This document shows, piece after piece, positions 23,400 to 36,104 of a DNA stretch of 64,000 nucleotides. Location of the stretch: the NCBI RefSeq assembly GCF_006345805.1, contig NC_043003.1, forward strand, positions 19,964,001 to 20,028,000, written 5' to 3'. The translations under genes and the position numbers were made by a program. The stretch comes from Octopus sinensis (taxonomy: Eukaryota). How positions within the stretch are numbered: position 1 is the stretch's first letter; each line of letters begins with the position of its first letter. The notes below the pieces were generated by a model. That model had not been told where the DNA came from. It saw only the letters and a list, made by a program, of their open reading frames with translations, and ran no database searches.

Positions 23400-23890
23400 C
23401 AAGATAGAAGTACCGTAAGTTGTGCATTAGGTCATTTTCTCTTTTACCATAAATTTAGACGAGTCATTCACTTTCACTGATGTCTACAACAAAATTTGAC
23501 TTTTGTTCTCCATCCCAAAAGGCAGGTATGTTGAGTTTGCACCGGATTCCTGCTTTTGTTGGAATGTTCCATTGATAGTCTGTGTCTTTGACAGCATGGG
23601 TAGTGTAGTGAACTGCCACTGACACTGCAAATGCATTATCGGACGTTGCTGTCTGAATACTAACAGCTCTGGCGTCTATACTTTCTGAAGTCTATTGAAT
23701 TATACCTTTTGTTACTTTGATACTTGTAGCGTTCGTTACCGGAGAATGGAGAATTAGAAATAATCATTGATATCCATATTTCTTGTCTTCTCAACAATCT
23801 ATCCAAACGATTGATTAACAAATATGAACAATTATTCTGAGCAAATTCCATTCCTATGTCCAGTGAGAATGTTGTGATCGGTTCCACCTG
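23400..23890 (-). pseudogene. Ancient R4/Dong-like retrotransposon RT-region relic
   Basis: TFSLDIGMEFAQNNCSY, ERYKY and (shifted frame) NAFAVSV resemble the R4-clade FSxDIGMEFGxxKC...YKYLG...NxFAVPV segment; many stops and frameshifts. Confidence 0.5.
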
Positions 23891-24029
23891 GCTCTTATTT
23901 ACCTACCCGTTCACCTACCTACCTACCTACCTACCTACCTACCTACCTACCTACCTACCTACCTACCTACCTACCTATCTACATACCTACCTACATACAT
24001 ACATATATACATACCTTCTTACCTTCTAA

Positions 24030-24700
24030 CTTATTGTCCTACATCCTTAGGACTTTCGCTCCCTACAGAGCAAAGGCCATCGACTACTTTCCTCCCCTGT
24101 TCTCGGCTTTGGTCAGTATCTCGGCTTATGTTTAAGGACGACTAGTTTACTAAGGACGGACTAGTTTACTTGCGCCTACCGTCGGTAGTTTCCCGTAGAT
24201 TTTGAATAGTAAGAAACTGTTTCATGTTTTCCCCCAGGCCGCCGATGTTTTGCAGAGACGTTATCAATTTTGGCGGCGTTTTATCATTTTGTTGGATCTC
24301 TGTTACACCTGCCTGTTAGCGAAATCGTAATCCAACATAATTCAATAAAACACTCAACGTCCAACTGGAAGAAAACGGGCCATTGGATGTCTTTAGCAAA
24401 TTTGATAAACCATAGATAACAACAATTCTGTAGGTTTTCCATCAACTCCTGTCAGAAACATTCATGGTGAGAGCCGTGTTATGAGTTGTTTGTATTCTTC
24501 ACTCATTCCTATGTATTCCCAAGATGCTACTGTATGTTTGTGTAACAGTGGCAGTTCTATATTAGTGGTATAACTAATGGTTTTGATTTGGCTATGATTT
24601 GTATTAATAGTCGTTTTCTTGAGGGCAAAAGCTGTCGGGCTACGGATGCAGTTATTTGCAGCGCCTTTTAGATGGTGTATGTATGGTGGTATCGTCAGCA
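24030..24700 (-). pseudogene. Possible degenerate RTE-like LINE 3' relic
   Basis: ADDTT (RT-like), VECFIELCWIT and IYGKLPTV in mixed frames; end atggcctttgctctgtagggagcgaaag resembles RTE 3' ends, followed by (GTAG)n. Confidence 0.3.
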
Positions 24701-25162
24701 GTTCCCGTATATTTTGAATAGTCTATCTTAAAATCACAGCTGGTGATTCGTGAATTCCCTATGTATGTATGTATGTATGTATGTATGTATGTATGTATGT
24801 ATGTATGTATGTATGTATGTATGCATGTATGTATGTATATGTAGGTGCGTATGTATTGATGCATGTTTGTGTGTATGTGTGTATATACACACAAATACTG
24901 TTTTAAACATCTTATCTTGGCATCTTTATTTATTTATATATTTCTCAACCTCCTGCCTTCCTGCCTTTCCACCTTCCTGACTATATGACCACCACCTATC
25001 TACGTACCAACCTGTCTAGCTTGCTATCTAATCATTTACCCATCCGCATAGTTATCATCTCTAGTGTGCATGTGTGTGTGTGTTTGTGTGTGTGTATAAA
25101 GTGACTGAGGTGATAGTCAGCTTCAGCATTGCTAGAAATGCACCCTCAGTCACTTTGGTAAC

Positions 25163-25236
<74 letters not shown>

Positions 25237-25359
25237 CATATATATATATATATAAAGATACGATAAAAACATTTACCTAAAACTAAATAAAGTACTAATA
25301 ATAAATAAATAGATCTTCAAACCACGAAAAATACCTTCTCCTACATAGCACGTTGCATG

Positions 25360-25397
<38 letters not shown>

Positions 25398-26560
25398 ATA
25401 TATATGTGTATATATATATACATACATATAAATATATATGTATGTGAGCGCCATACTAATACAATTGTTTGTTTTCCACCTGCCTTCGTCTTTTGTCTAT
25501 TTTCATAAAGCTTCCCGTTATATATATATATGTATATAAGTATTCATGTATGTATATATGTATCCATACGTGTTGGTATTCAGCTATACACGCTCTTCCT
25601 TAGTTTTTCAAGTTTCTCTCCAAAATGACTGGCTTCAAACTAGAAACAAATCTCACTGAATTTATTATGTATGATCTGACTGGGCATGTATAGATGCGTT
25701 AGGTTTCTCTTTTTTACTCAGAAAGACCTTTGATCCTTTTGATATATATATATATATATGCATTAACAAAATAACTACAAATGCAGTGTAGTTAGGTCAC
25801 ACTTTAAAGATAGTCAAGAATCGAGAGCCGTGGAGAGATGTTGACTGCCTATGCTTTATAGAAGGCTAAGTGTTTAAGTTAGTACCATGCTGCATAGTAA
25901 GGCAATATCTCCATGAAATTTTGGGAACTAACTCTAGTATAGTGTCTACTACAGAATGTGTCATAATCATATTTGGTCACATCTTGGAGGATTAATGGTT
26001 TCGATATATTTTTGTCTTGTTCTGGTGCGCAAAATCATACAACTCAGAAGGAAAACTAATGTAATGGTTTCGAATCTAAAAGCTGCTGTTTTTCCCGTCA
26101 GTTTTGGTATAGTTTCCAAGTTTCCCGGAAATATAATTGTGCATAGCTTTTCTTTGTTGTGGAAAATGTTTGTCGTTTAGGTCTTTGTAGCGTTTAGATT
26201 CACCTTGTAGGCCTGGTGGGGTGGGTAACCTTGTAGGTCTGGGGGACAGACTTAGAAATTGAGAACTTCATTAGCAATTACCTGTCAGCACCTTTCACCC
26301 CTTTTCTTTTGTTTTGTAATAAACAGTGATCTTATTTACAATATTTTGCTGAACAGCTTGATGAAATTTCAGCTCTTTTAGAGTCATTTAAATTGCTAAA
26401 GGAGATAAGAAGAATTCTATCCATGTTTGGCTTTCACACCAATATTGTTGCAGTCGTATTCCCAGATCAACCTTAACTGAAGAGATATATAATAAATGCC
26501 AATCATTCAGTTTTCTTTTTCAAGCATGGTCTCTATTACATAATGTGTTTTTACTTTTTA

Positions 26561-26890
26561 CAGTGGTTAGTGCATCGGGCTCATGATCATGAGGTAGCGA
26601 GTTCGACTCCCGGACCGGGTTGTGTGTTGTGTTCTTGAGCAAGACACTTTATTTCACGCTGCTCCATTTCACTCAGCTGTACATATGAATTGTGATGTCC
26701 CTGGTGCCGAGCTGTATCAACCTTTGCCTTTCCCTTGGATAACATTGGTGGCATGTAGAGGGGAAGCTGGTATACATGGACGACTGCTGGCATTCCATAA
26801 ACAATCTTGCCCGACTTGTGCCTCATAGGGGAACTTTTTAGGTGCAATCCCTTGGTCATTCATAATCGAAGGGGTTCTTTACATTTACCT
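26561..26890 (+). mobile_element. SINE family C (tail type 2)
   Basis: cagtggttag...gagttcgactccc head, C core, then ctttgcctttcccttggataac...ggtgcaatccc...gaagggg; homologous to 47223-47566. Confidence 0.8.
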
Positions 26891-26908
26891 ATCACTTTTT
26901 AATGCTAT

Positions 26909-27165
26909 GTGGAGGCGCGTGGCTTAGTGGTTAGGGTGTCAGCATCATGATCGTAAGATTGTGGTTTCGATTCCTGGACCGGGCGACGCGTTGTGTTCTT
27001 GAACAAAACACTTCATTTCACGTTGCTCCAGTCCACTCAGCTGGCAAAAATGAGTAACGCTGCGATGGACTGGCGTCCCATCCACCTTTGAAACACATAC
27101 GTCATTGAAGCCGGGAAACCGGGTCCATGAGCATGGCTTGGCTTTAAAAGGGTGCATTTATTTTT
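26909..27165 (+). mobile_element. SINE family C (tail type 3)
   Basis: gtggaggcgcgtggcttagtggttagg head, C core, ctgcgatggactggcgtccc, tail gggaaaccggg(t/c)ccatgagc...aaaaggg(t/c)gcat shared with 54650-54716. Confidence 0.85.
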
Positions 27166-27889
27166 TATATTTTTAATGCTATACAGAAAGATTTAAGAGA
27201 AATTTTGCTACTGATGTTACAAGCAGTTGTACTGTTTTTGCATTCTTCTAATATGTTCTAAACGGTTGTTCATTTAGACACTGCATTAGTCTTTCGACTT
27301 TATATCACATGCTCTGACAAAATTTGTTCAAGTAATTGTCATATTCTAAAATGTTTTCTTCACAAATTCAAGGAAAATACCTCAATATTGTTTAAATTTG
27401 ATTTTAAGCTTAAACTGTTTTGATAATTATAAATAATTAATATGTTGTAATGCCATCCAATTATATTGCAGACAATTAAATTCAGGATTGAAACACTGGC
27501 AAGGAGGCACATTTAGTAACAGCGTAGCAACAGTTTATTTACAGGTGTTAATAAATTTATGCTACACAATGTTGAAGATAGTGGGATGATCTAAATATTT
27601 TCTGTCTATCCTTGTTTAGTTTATCCTTATTTAGCGTGTCCCTATTTAGTGTACTCCTATTTTTAGTGTATCTTTAAGACAGTAGTGTGAATTGAGAGTT
27701 GCTACTCCTAGAATATCGAGCCATCGTGTAAAGGCTCCATGCTATGAAAAAATAAGTCGGATATTGTCACTTAGTGGAAATATGAATAAATTATTAGTTT
27801 CTTAAATAAATCTCACTTATTCCAAAACTATAGCCATTTATATACTGAAGAAGTGGTTAAAGTACGATAAAAACATTCTCAAAATACTA

Positions 27890-28032
27890 CCCAAGTAGCT
27901 TGCCTACGAACCACATAGTTCCGGGTTCAATCCCACTGCGTGGTACCTTCGGCAAGTGTCTTCTACTATAACCTCGGACCGACCAAAGCCTTGTGAATGG
28001 ATTTGGTAGACGGAAACTGAAAGAAGCCCATC

Positions 28033-28088
<56 letters not shown>

Positions 28089-28305
28089 GTGTGTATGTGT
28101 TTGTGCGTCTGTGTTTGTCCCCCCAACATCGCTTGACAACCGATACTGGTATATTTACGTCCGCGTAACTTAGCGGTTTGGCAAAAGAATCCGTAGAATA
28201 AGTACTAGGCTTACAAAGAATAAGTCCTGGGGTCAATTTGCTCGGCTAAAGGCGGTGCTCCAGCATGGCTACAGTCAAATGACTGAAACAAGTAAAAGAG
28301 TAAAA
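27890..28305 (+). mobile_element. SINE family B
   Basis: Full head, internal (TA)n(TG)n and tail. Confidence 0.9.
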
Positions 28306-28382
28306 AGAGAGAGAGAGTAATGGATCTACTCTTTTGGCATAGGGTAAGTCAAATGAAACTCAATTGCAATAAAACTTTATAT

Positions 28383-28680
28383 CAGGGGTTCTCGACCATT
28401 TTTAAAAATCTATAGACCCATTGAATTATTATTTTATTCTGGTGGACCCTCATAACCATTCGATGTTGAAAAACTGGTTTTATAGAAACATCTTTCAAAA
28501 CTCCATTTTTTTTGTACATGAACTCGTGTAGGTTGAACTATGTAAAATGTTAAAGAAAGAAGCCTGTTACTTGCAATGCATACCAAGACATACATCTTAA
28601 GCAGAATATTTTGCTATTTTGTTACGTGGACTCACCCAAAATCTTATATGGACCATAGGGACCCCGGTTGAGAACCGCCG
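28383..28680. mobile_element. hAT-type MITE (298 bp) with 8-bp target-site duplication CTTTATAT
   Basis: TIRs caggggttctcgacc / ggttgagaaccgccg; ctttatat at 28375-82 and 28681-88. Confidence 0.88.
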
Positions 28681-29030
28681 CTTTATATAATTTGTGAAAT
28701 GTTGAAATACGAGCTCACAAAGCCCTTTTAATTAGGCATCGTTCCGCAACTAAAAATATAAAAATTACTGAAGTAAAATGTTCAAATTCGCTATAAAATA
28801 AAAAAGCAATGTTTTCCCAGTAGCAAAATAACAAAATTAGAACTACAGTTAATTGCATTTATTCCTTGTTATGCATATTTTCGTTAATAATTTAGAACTT
28901 ATTAATTAATATATGAGTTCCTTCATCGTTAATTGCATCGTTAATTTGAAACTACATATGAATGCACACACAATACTTATAAAAATGTCTGACGCTCCTT
29001 CTCTGCTGAGAGAACAAATTGAAGACTTGC

Positions 29031-29197
29031 CGTATTTACTCGTGTTTAAGTTGCTCTATTTTATTCATAGTTTTAACTGAAAAGAACCGAGGTGTGACTT
29101 ATACACAGAGCAAAGCCAAAACTATGGAAGGAAGAAATTTTGCACCAAGATTTATCACTAACTTTCGGAAGTAACTTATATGCGATTGGATGCGGTA
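29031..29197. mobile_element. Degenerate Tc2-like MITE remnant
   Basis: ccgtatttactcgtgtttaag ... cttatatgcgattggatgcgg-ta, ends similar to those of 44840-45357. Confidence 0.35.
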
Positions 29198-29332
29198 ACA
29201 GTCTGTTGTCTTTGAATTTAGATGTGGCAACTAATATTACTTGTAAAAGGTAGCTATGCGCCCCATTCGCGTCTTAGATATTACAACAAATAACAAAATG
29301 TAATTGTATATGAGTTCTTAATATTAATTCTT

Positions 29333-30605
29333 GTTAAGGCGGCGAGCTGGGAGAAAATGCTTAGCGGTATTTCGTCTGCTGCTATGTTCTGAGTTCAAAT
29401 TCCGCCGAGGTCGACTTTGCCTTTCATCCTTTCGGGGTCGATTAAATAAGTACCAGTTACGCACTGGGATCGATATAATCGACTTAATCCGTTTGTCTGT
29501 CCTTGTTTGTCATCTCTGTGTTTAGCCCCTTGTGAGTAGTAAAGAAATAGGTATTTCGTCTGCCGCTACGTTCTGAGTTCAAATTTCGCCGAGGTCGACT
29601 TTGCCTTTCATCCTTTCGGGATCGATAAATTAAGTAACAGTTACGTACTGGAGTCGATGTAATCGACTTAATCCCTTTGTCAGTCCTTGTTTGTCCCGCC
29701 TGTGTTTGGCCCCTTGTGGGCAATAAAGAAATAAGAATGGTTACTGCGCCGGACGAAATGCTTAGAACATCTCGTCCGTCTTTACGTTCTGAGTATAAAT
29801 TCTGCCGAGGTCGACTTAGTCTTTTATCCTTTCGGGATCGATAAATTAAGTACCAGTTGGATACTGGGGTCGATGTTATCGACTTACCTCACTCTCTATA
29901 TTGCTGACGTTGTGCTAAAGCTTGAAACCAATATTAATTCCTGTTAAGGTGGCGAGCTGGCAGAATCGTTACTGCGCCGGACAAAATGCTTAATGACATT
30001 TCGTCCGTCCTTACAATCTGAGTTCAAATTCTTATTTCTTTATTGCCCACAAGGGGCTAAACTTAGAGGGGACAAGCAAGGACAGACAAAGGGATTAAGT
30101 CGATTACATCGATCCCAGTACGTAACTGGTACTTGATTTATCGACCCCGAAAGGATGAAAGGTAAAGTCGACCTCGGCAGAATTTGAACTCAGAACGTGA
30201 CCGCAGACGAAATACCTATTTCTTTACTACCCACAAGGGGCTAAACACAGAGGAGACAAACAAGGACATACAGACGGATTAAGTCGATTATATCGACCTC
30301 AGTGCGTAACTCGTACTTATTAAATCGACCCCGAAAGGATGAAAGGCAAAGTCGACCTCGGTGGAATCTGAACTCAGAACGTAGCGGCAGACGAAATATG
30401 GCTACGCATTTCGCCCGGCGTGCTAACGTTTCTGCCAGCTCGCCGCCTTCTTCTGAGTTCAAATGCTGCCGAGGTCGACTTAGCCTTTCATCCTCTCGAG
30501 GTCGATAAAATAAGTACCGGTTTATCACTGGGGTCGATGTAATCGACTTACCCCTTTCCATGAAATTGCTAGCCCTGTGCCAAAATGCGAAATCAATACC
30601 GATTC
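29333..30605. mobile_element. Nested SINE family A cluster: two plus-strand hosts, each with a multimeric insert
   Basis: Plus-strand dimer inserted at agaa (to about 29738). Minus-strand dimer at 30032-30450 is flanked by a 15-bp duplication tctgagttcaaat(t/g)c at 30017 and 30452. Confidence 0.88.
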
Positions 30606-31127
30606 CTGTTAAGAAAACTACTGCTGAAATGCAGCGCCAGGATGTGAAATCGTTCATCAGTGATGTTGGAATTAATACTAAAAACTATTACAACAAACGT
30701 ATCTTCAAACCTTTGTTGCGTTAATAATTCTCTCTGTGTCTCCCCCCTCTTTCTCTACTTTAAAGAAATTCGATAATCCAAGCTTGATTCTCATAAAATA
30801 CATTTACTATTCTCTTCATCTAACACGTTCTCATGCAGCTGAAGAATTTACCATTTAACATTGACTATCTGTCAAAGGAAAAACTAACAACTGGTTCCAC
30901 ATCTCAGCCCTGTGAAGAGTCTCTTACACGGAAGTATACAAATTATTTAAAAACAGCGACGAATCAATTGCAAAGGGTTCCACTTTCAGCCATAAAATTG
31001 TTAGCCTGAAGTAGCATGTAAGATGATATTTTCGCCAGCTCCGATGTATAACAATTACATTTTCAAATGGCATCTTCTATTCAAGGAATTTACTAGGCAA
31101 AGGAATTTACATGCTGTGTCCTTATAC

Positions 31128-31492
31128 TAGCTTCAGTCATTAGACTACAGCCACGCTGGGATACTTTCTTGAAGGGTTTTGCCAAAGAAATCGTTCCCGG
31201 GTACTTTTTGGTCTTAAAGCCTGGTACTTATTCTATCGGCATGTTTTGTCGAACCGCTAAGTTACGGGGACGTAAACAAACCGACACCGATTGTCAAGCT
31301 TTTGAGGTGGAACTAACAACACACACACACGTATACATATATGTGTGTGTGTGTGTGTGTGCATACGTCAGTTTTTCACAGAGTTTTCCTCTACCGAATT
31401 TACTCGGCCCGGGGCTTTAGTAGAGCAGTGGGACTGAAATCAAAAGCATGTGATTGCAAAGCGAGCGAGCTTCTTAACCTCATAGCCATGTC
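31128..31492 (-). mobile_element. SINE family B, old copy
   Basis: cttcagtcattagactacagccacgctgg...tacttattctatcggc...gaaccgctaagttacgggg...gcttcttaacc. Confidence 0.7.
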
Positions 31493-31595
31493 CGCGCATA
31501 TCGTAGAAATAATTAATAAACTTTATTTAGCATTTCCGAGACCCGTGCGAAGTGAATTTGAAGAAATTGCTGCACTAAAGACAACAGCAGCAATA

Positions 31596-31785
31596 GTGGA
31601 GGCGCAATGGCCCAGTGGTTAGGGCAGCGGATTCACAGTCATAAGAATGCGGTTTCGATTCCCAGACCGGGCATTGTGAGTGTTTATTGAGCAAAAACAC
31701 CTAAGCTCCACGATGCACCGGCGGGGGTGGTGGTGAACCCCGCTGTACTCTTTCACCACAACCTTCACTCTTTCTTCTTACTTCT
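31596..31785 (+). mobile_element. SINE family D, 3'-truncated
   Basis: gtggaggcgcaatggcccagtggttagggcagcgg...gtttcgattcccagaccggg. Confidence 0.85.
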
Positions 31786-32094
31786 GCCACAAAGCAGAGG
31801 AACCATGGTGTAACCCACTATGGTGTGGTAAACTTTCAGACCTCTGTACTCCAGGATGGTTCAGCTCTCCACCCGTTAAAAGCCACCATTTACGGAATGA
31901 GGATAACAACGTAGCTTTCGCGCCCGTGCAACCGCCAGTCTATCAGGTGTGGTGGGTGGATCTTCAAGTTGCCACACGCATTCTTAGTAGCTTAGAATAG
32001 GCTCGAATTAGAGATTATTCTTTGTGGCTAATGGCGTGAGTCTTGATTAGAAGAAGAACGGTAGCAATAAGAATAACGATAATAATAACAGTAA

Positions 32095-32933
32095 TTATTT
32101 CTAATTTTGGCACAAGAATTTTGAGAGGAGGTTTAAATCAAATACATCAACCCAAGTGTTCAACTGGTACTTTTTTTGTATTGGTTCTAAAAGGTTAAAA
32201 AGTGAAATCGACCTCGGCGGGATTTGAGCTCTGATATGTAGATTCCACGACAAGGTTTCGACTTCTGCTGTGGGATACTGGTTTGAAATTTATTGGCTAA
32301 AACATACGTAAACTTATATGTCTCTATTCTCTTTATTGTTAATTTTCCACAATAATGAATGTAATATCATCAGCAAGCAAAGCTACATCAAAAGTACATT
32401 TTTCGAAAGTTTTCAGATTAAAATTTGTGGTTGGAAGAAAACAAAAAATGTCTACCGGAAGTAATGCAGCTTAGCGTTTTGTCTGACACGCTAAAGATTC
32501 CCCCCTTCTAATTATATCGCACAAAGGTAGCCATTTTGAGAGGAGAGGGAAGTCGATTACATCAACTCCAGCATTTGGTTGGTCTTTTATTTTACCATTC
32601 TCCGAAAAGGTGAGAGGCTAAGTCGATCTTGGCAGCATTTGAATTCAGAATGTAAAACCGGAAAATATACCTATTTCTTTACTACCCACAAAGGGCTAAA
32701 CACAGAGGAGACAAACAAGGACAGACAGACAGACAGATAGACAGATTAATTCTTTCTTCCATAGGCATAAGTTTTGAAATTTCATGTGAGGAGTTAGACG
32801 ATTACATTAACTAACCCCAAAGAATGAAAGGCAAAGTCGACCTCAGCAGAATTTGAACCCAAACCTAAATAAGGACACAATGTCGCTAAGCATTTTGTTC
32901 GGTGTTCTAACGATTCAGGCAGCTCGCCACACC
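32095..32933 (-). mobile_element. SINE family A fragments (32095-32260 and nested 32520-32933)
   Basis: A-body motifs; head cagctcgccacacc abuts the (TAA)n array. Confidence 0.7.
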
Positions 32934-32998
<65 letters not shown>

Positions 32999-33060
32999 TA
33001 ATAATAATAATAATAATGATAATAATAATAATAATGATAATAATAATAATAATAATAATA
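32934..33060. repeat. (TAA)n array, target of the Dong-like insertion
   Basis: Read directly. Confidence 0.95.
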
Positions 33061-34535
33061 AGAGAATGTTATCGCAGAGTAAGAGCAATACTCAAGACAG
33101 AGCTGAATGCGAGAAACAGGATCGAAGCGATCAATGCATTAGCCATACCAGTTGTGACTTACAGTTTCAATATCGTTAACTGGTCAATTACTGAAATATG
33201 TAATCTTGACAGAAAAATACGAAAACTGTTGACAATGCATAGAATGCACCACCCTAAGGCAGATACAGAACGACTTTATCTGCCAAGAAAAGAGGGAGGC
33301 CGTGGAGTTTTACAACTGGAAATAATAATGAAGATTGCTACAATTGGCCTAGACACCTACCTGAAAAACTCTGAGGACTGGATGTTAAAGCTTGTCTCAA
33401 AACATGAAAACAAGAAAGCATCATACTCAGTAACAAAACAGGCAAAGGAATATCTAAGTGAATTCCGAATACAACAAATTTCGGAATTAGAGATAGACAT
33501 ACAAGAAACAGGCACAGAAAAAGCTAAACGCATGAAAACCCGTGCTAAATCTGCGGCCTTAGATATTCTGAATGATAAATGGCAAGAAAAACCTCTCTAT
33601 GGCAAATACCCAAAGAGAGCAAATAATGCAGATGTTGACAAAGCCCTGACCCATCAATGGCTAATGGCCTCTGGCTTAAAATCTGAAACAGAGGGGTTTA
33701 TCATAGCAGCTCAAGATCAATGCCTACCAACAAGAAACTACCAGGCCACATATTAAAAATCAGAAGTAGTCCAACGTGTCGTGTATGCCAGCAACAAAAT
33801 GAAACCATTGACCATGTGGTCTCCAAGTGCAGTCTTCTAGCGTCTACAGAGTATCTCAACAGACACAATATATTCACTGGGTAATCTGCAAAAACCTAGA
33901 TTTGCCCCATGAAAAAAACTGGTGGGAACACAAACCACCCCCACTGCTTGAAAATGACCACATCTCACTCCTCTGGAACTTCACCATTCAAACTGACAGA
34001 AAGATAGATGCAAATAGGCCAGACATCATATTGAAAGACTTCAAACAAAGAACATGCCTCCTCATTGATATGACTGTCCCAATCGATATAAACGTATCTG
34101 TCAAGACCTACCAAAAACTGAGCAAATATAAAGATCTTGAAATAGAAATCAGCAAAATGTGGAACCTGAAGACTAAAACAATACTTGTTGTCATAGGTGC
34201 CCTGGGAATGATAGCAAAAGGGGCTGATAACTACCTAACTCAGATACCAGGAAACCCCAAAATGGCAGAAATTCAAAAGATAGTGCTCATGGGAACTGCT
34301 CATATCCTACGCAAAATACTTTCTATGTAATCTCAAGGTTTAAAACAAACATAATTTTCGGTTTAAAAAAAATTTTTTTAGATATTCATTAGTACAACAC
34401 CAAAAACTCCCCCTCCCAAATATATGGCACACTAGGCATAACAACAACATGAACTTCCAACCTGTTGTCTCTTGAGGTCTCTGGGTGAGACCTGGAGCCA
34501 ACTTGTACAAATATAAAGCAAAAGTCAAACATAGA
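33061..34535 (+). mobile_element. 5'-truncated R4/Dong-like non-LTR retrotransposon (post-RT region, zinc knuckle, restriction-like endonuclease, 3' UTR)
   Basis: RLYLPRKEGGRG, ETEGFIIAAQDQ, CRVC-x8-H-x4-C, RPDII...LIDMTVP...KLSKY (PD-(D/E)xK), stop at 34330; two frameshifts near 33750 and 33865; (TAA)n on both sides. Confidence 0.9.
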
Positions 34536-34557
34536 ATAATAATAATAATAATAACAT

Positions 34558-35026
34558 AATAGATCAGACAAAAAGGATGTGTTTATTAATTGACGTGAGT
34601 ATTCCTTGCGATCACAATATAGCGGCGAAAGATTTTCACAAGATTAGTAAATATAAAGACTTGCTAATTGAACTTTAAAAAATGTGGCATTTCAAGGCGA
34701 CTACAGTACCAGTGTTTGTTGGATCTCTAGGAATGATAAAAAAAAAAGGTACTGAAGCTTATTTGAAAATGATACCAGGCTTACCATCCCTACGTGAAGT
34801 GCAAAAACTCATGTTAACTGGAACGGCTCATGTACTGAGAAGAGCATTATCGCTGTGAAAACAACATCCATTCATGAATTTATTTATTCATTAATTTTTT
34901 AAATACATATTTTACCTGTGAATTTGCGTGTGTAATCTGGGAATGCATACAATGAGCTTCTCTGCCCTAGGTGTACGGAAAACACTCGGCGAGAAACGGA
35001 AGAAAATTTAAAGAAAAAAGGAAAAA
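34558..35026 (+). mobile_element. Second, divergent R4/Dong-like 3' end (absent from the ORF track)
   Basis: DQTKRMCLLIDVSIPCDHNIAAKDFHKISKYKDLLIEL*KMWHFKATTVPVFVGSLGMI...GTAHVLRRALSL* (stop 34858); different 3' UTR; (TAA)n at 34536-53 and 35027-43. Confidence 0.88.
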
Positions 35027-35442
35027 TAATAATAATAATAATGACGTGGTTGATAATGAATAAATAAATACATAAATAAATTGGTTAAACATCGATATTT
35101 CAAAATGTTTTGTAAATATATTTTTTTCGTTAGACAAAACAGATATTTAAGAGGTGAAGTTTATGCACCATTGATTTCGAATGAAAATAAAAACAACAAC
35201 AATAAGAACAACAATATTGCATTGCATGAATGTTTTCTTACATAAACAAATGCAAGTAATACCAAACTAATGATTGGAGTAAACAAACGTGAATGGGAGT
35301 TTCGTGTTTCGCCATATATTTAAATCTATCAGTGTCTTGCATGTACAACTTTCTACACTCACTTCATTTCTATATATACTCACTTATATATACACACGTG
35401 AACAAATCATATAATGTACCATATAATATATAATCTAATCTA

Positions 35443-35444
<2 letters not shown>

Positions 35445-35510
<66 letters not shown>

Positions 35511-35551
35511 GTCTGTCTGTCTGTCTGTCTGTCTATCGATTTATCTATCTC

Positions 35552-35610
<59 letters not shown>

Positions 35611-35623
35611 GTCTGTCTGTCTA

Positions 35624-35657
<34 letters not shown>

Positions 35658-35658
35658 G

Positions 35659-35724
<66 letters not shown>

Positions 35725-35743
35725 ATATCTATCTATCTATCTG

Positions 35744-35824
<81 letters not shown>

Positions 35825-35825
35825 A
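35445..35825. repeat. Long (TATC)n/(TGTC)n array
   Basis: Read directly. Confidence 0.95.
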
Positions 35826-35872
35826 TATTAGATATATATGTAGACAGGGTAAATTTAACTATTTCTCCGTAG

Positions 35873-35913
35873 CCTTAACCTATTTTCGAACCTTATTGAC
35901 CTCTCATCAGAAG
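35873..35913 (-). ncRNA. Partly decayed type I hammerhead motif, similar to 11763-11803
   Basis: CUU-CUGAUGA-GAGG-UCAAUAA-GGUUC-GAAA-AUAGGU-UA-AGG: core intact, stem II weakened. Confidence 0.5.
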
Positions 35914-36043
35914 TGTTTACACCAATTTGAATAATCCCATCCCAGAGGAATGAGAACACACACAAACACACACACACCCTCTCTCTCTCTCTCTCACACA
36001 CACACAACACACACACACACTCTCTCTCTCTCTCTCTCTATCT

Positions 36044-36074
<31 letters not shown>

Positions 36075-36104
36075 ACACACACACTCTTATATACATCTAC
36101 ATAT

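Noticed and set aside
25098-25156. miRNA-like hairpin aaagtgactgagg...cctcagtcacttt
   Set aside because: The stem is about 15 bp with a large one-sided bulge, too short for a pre-miRNA.
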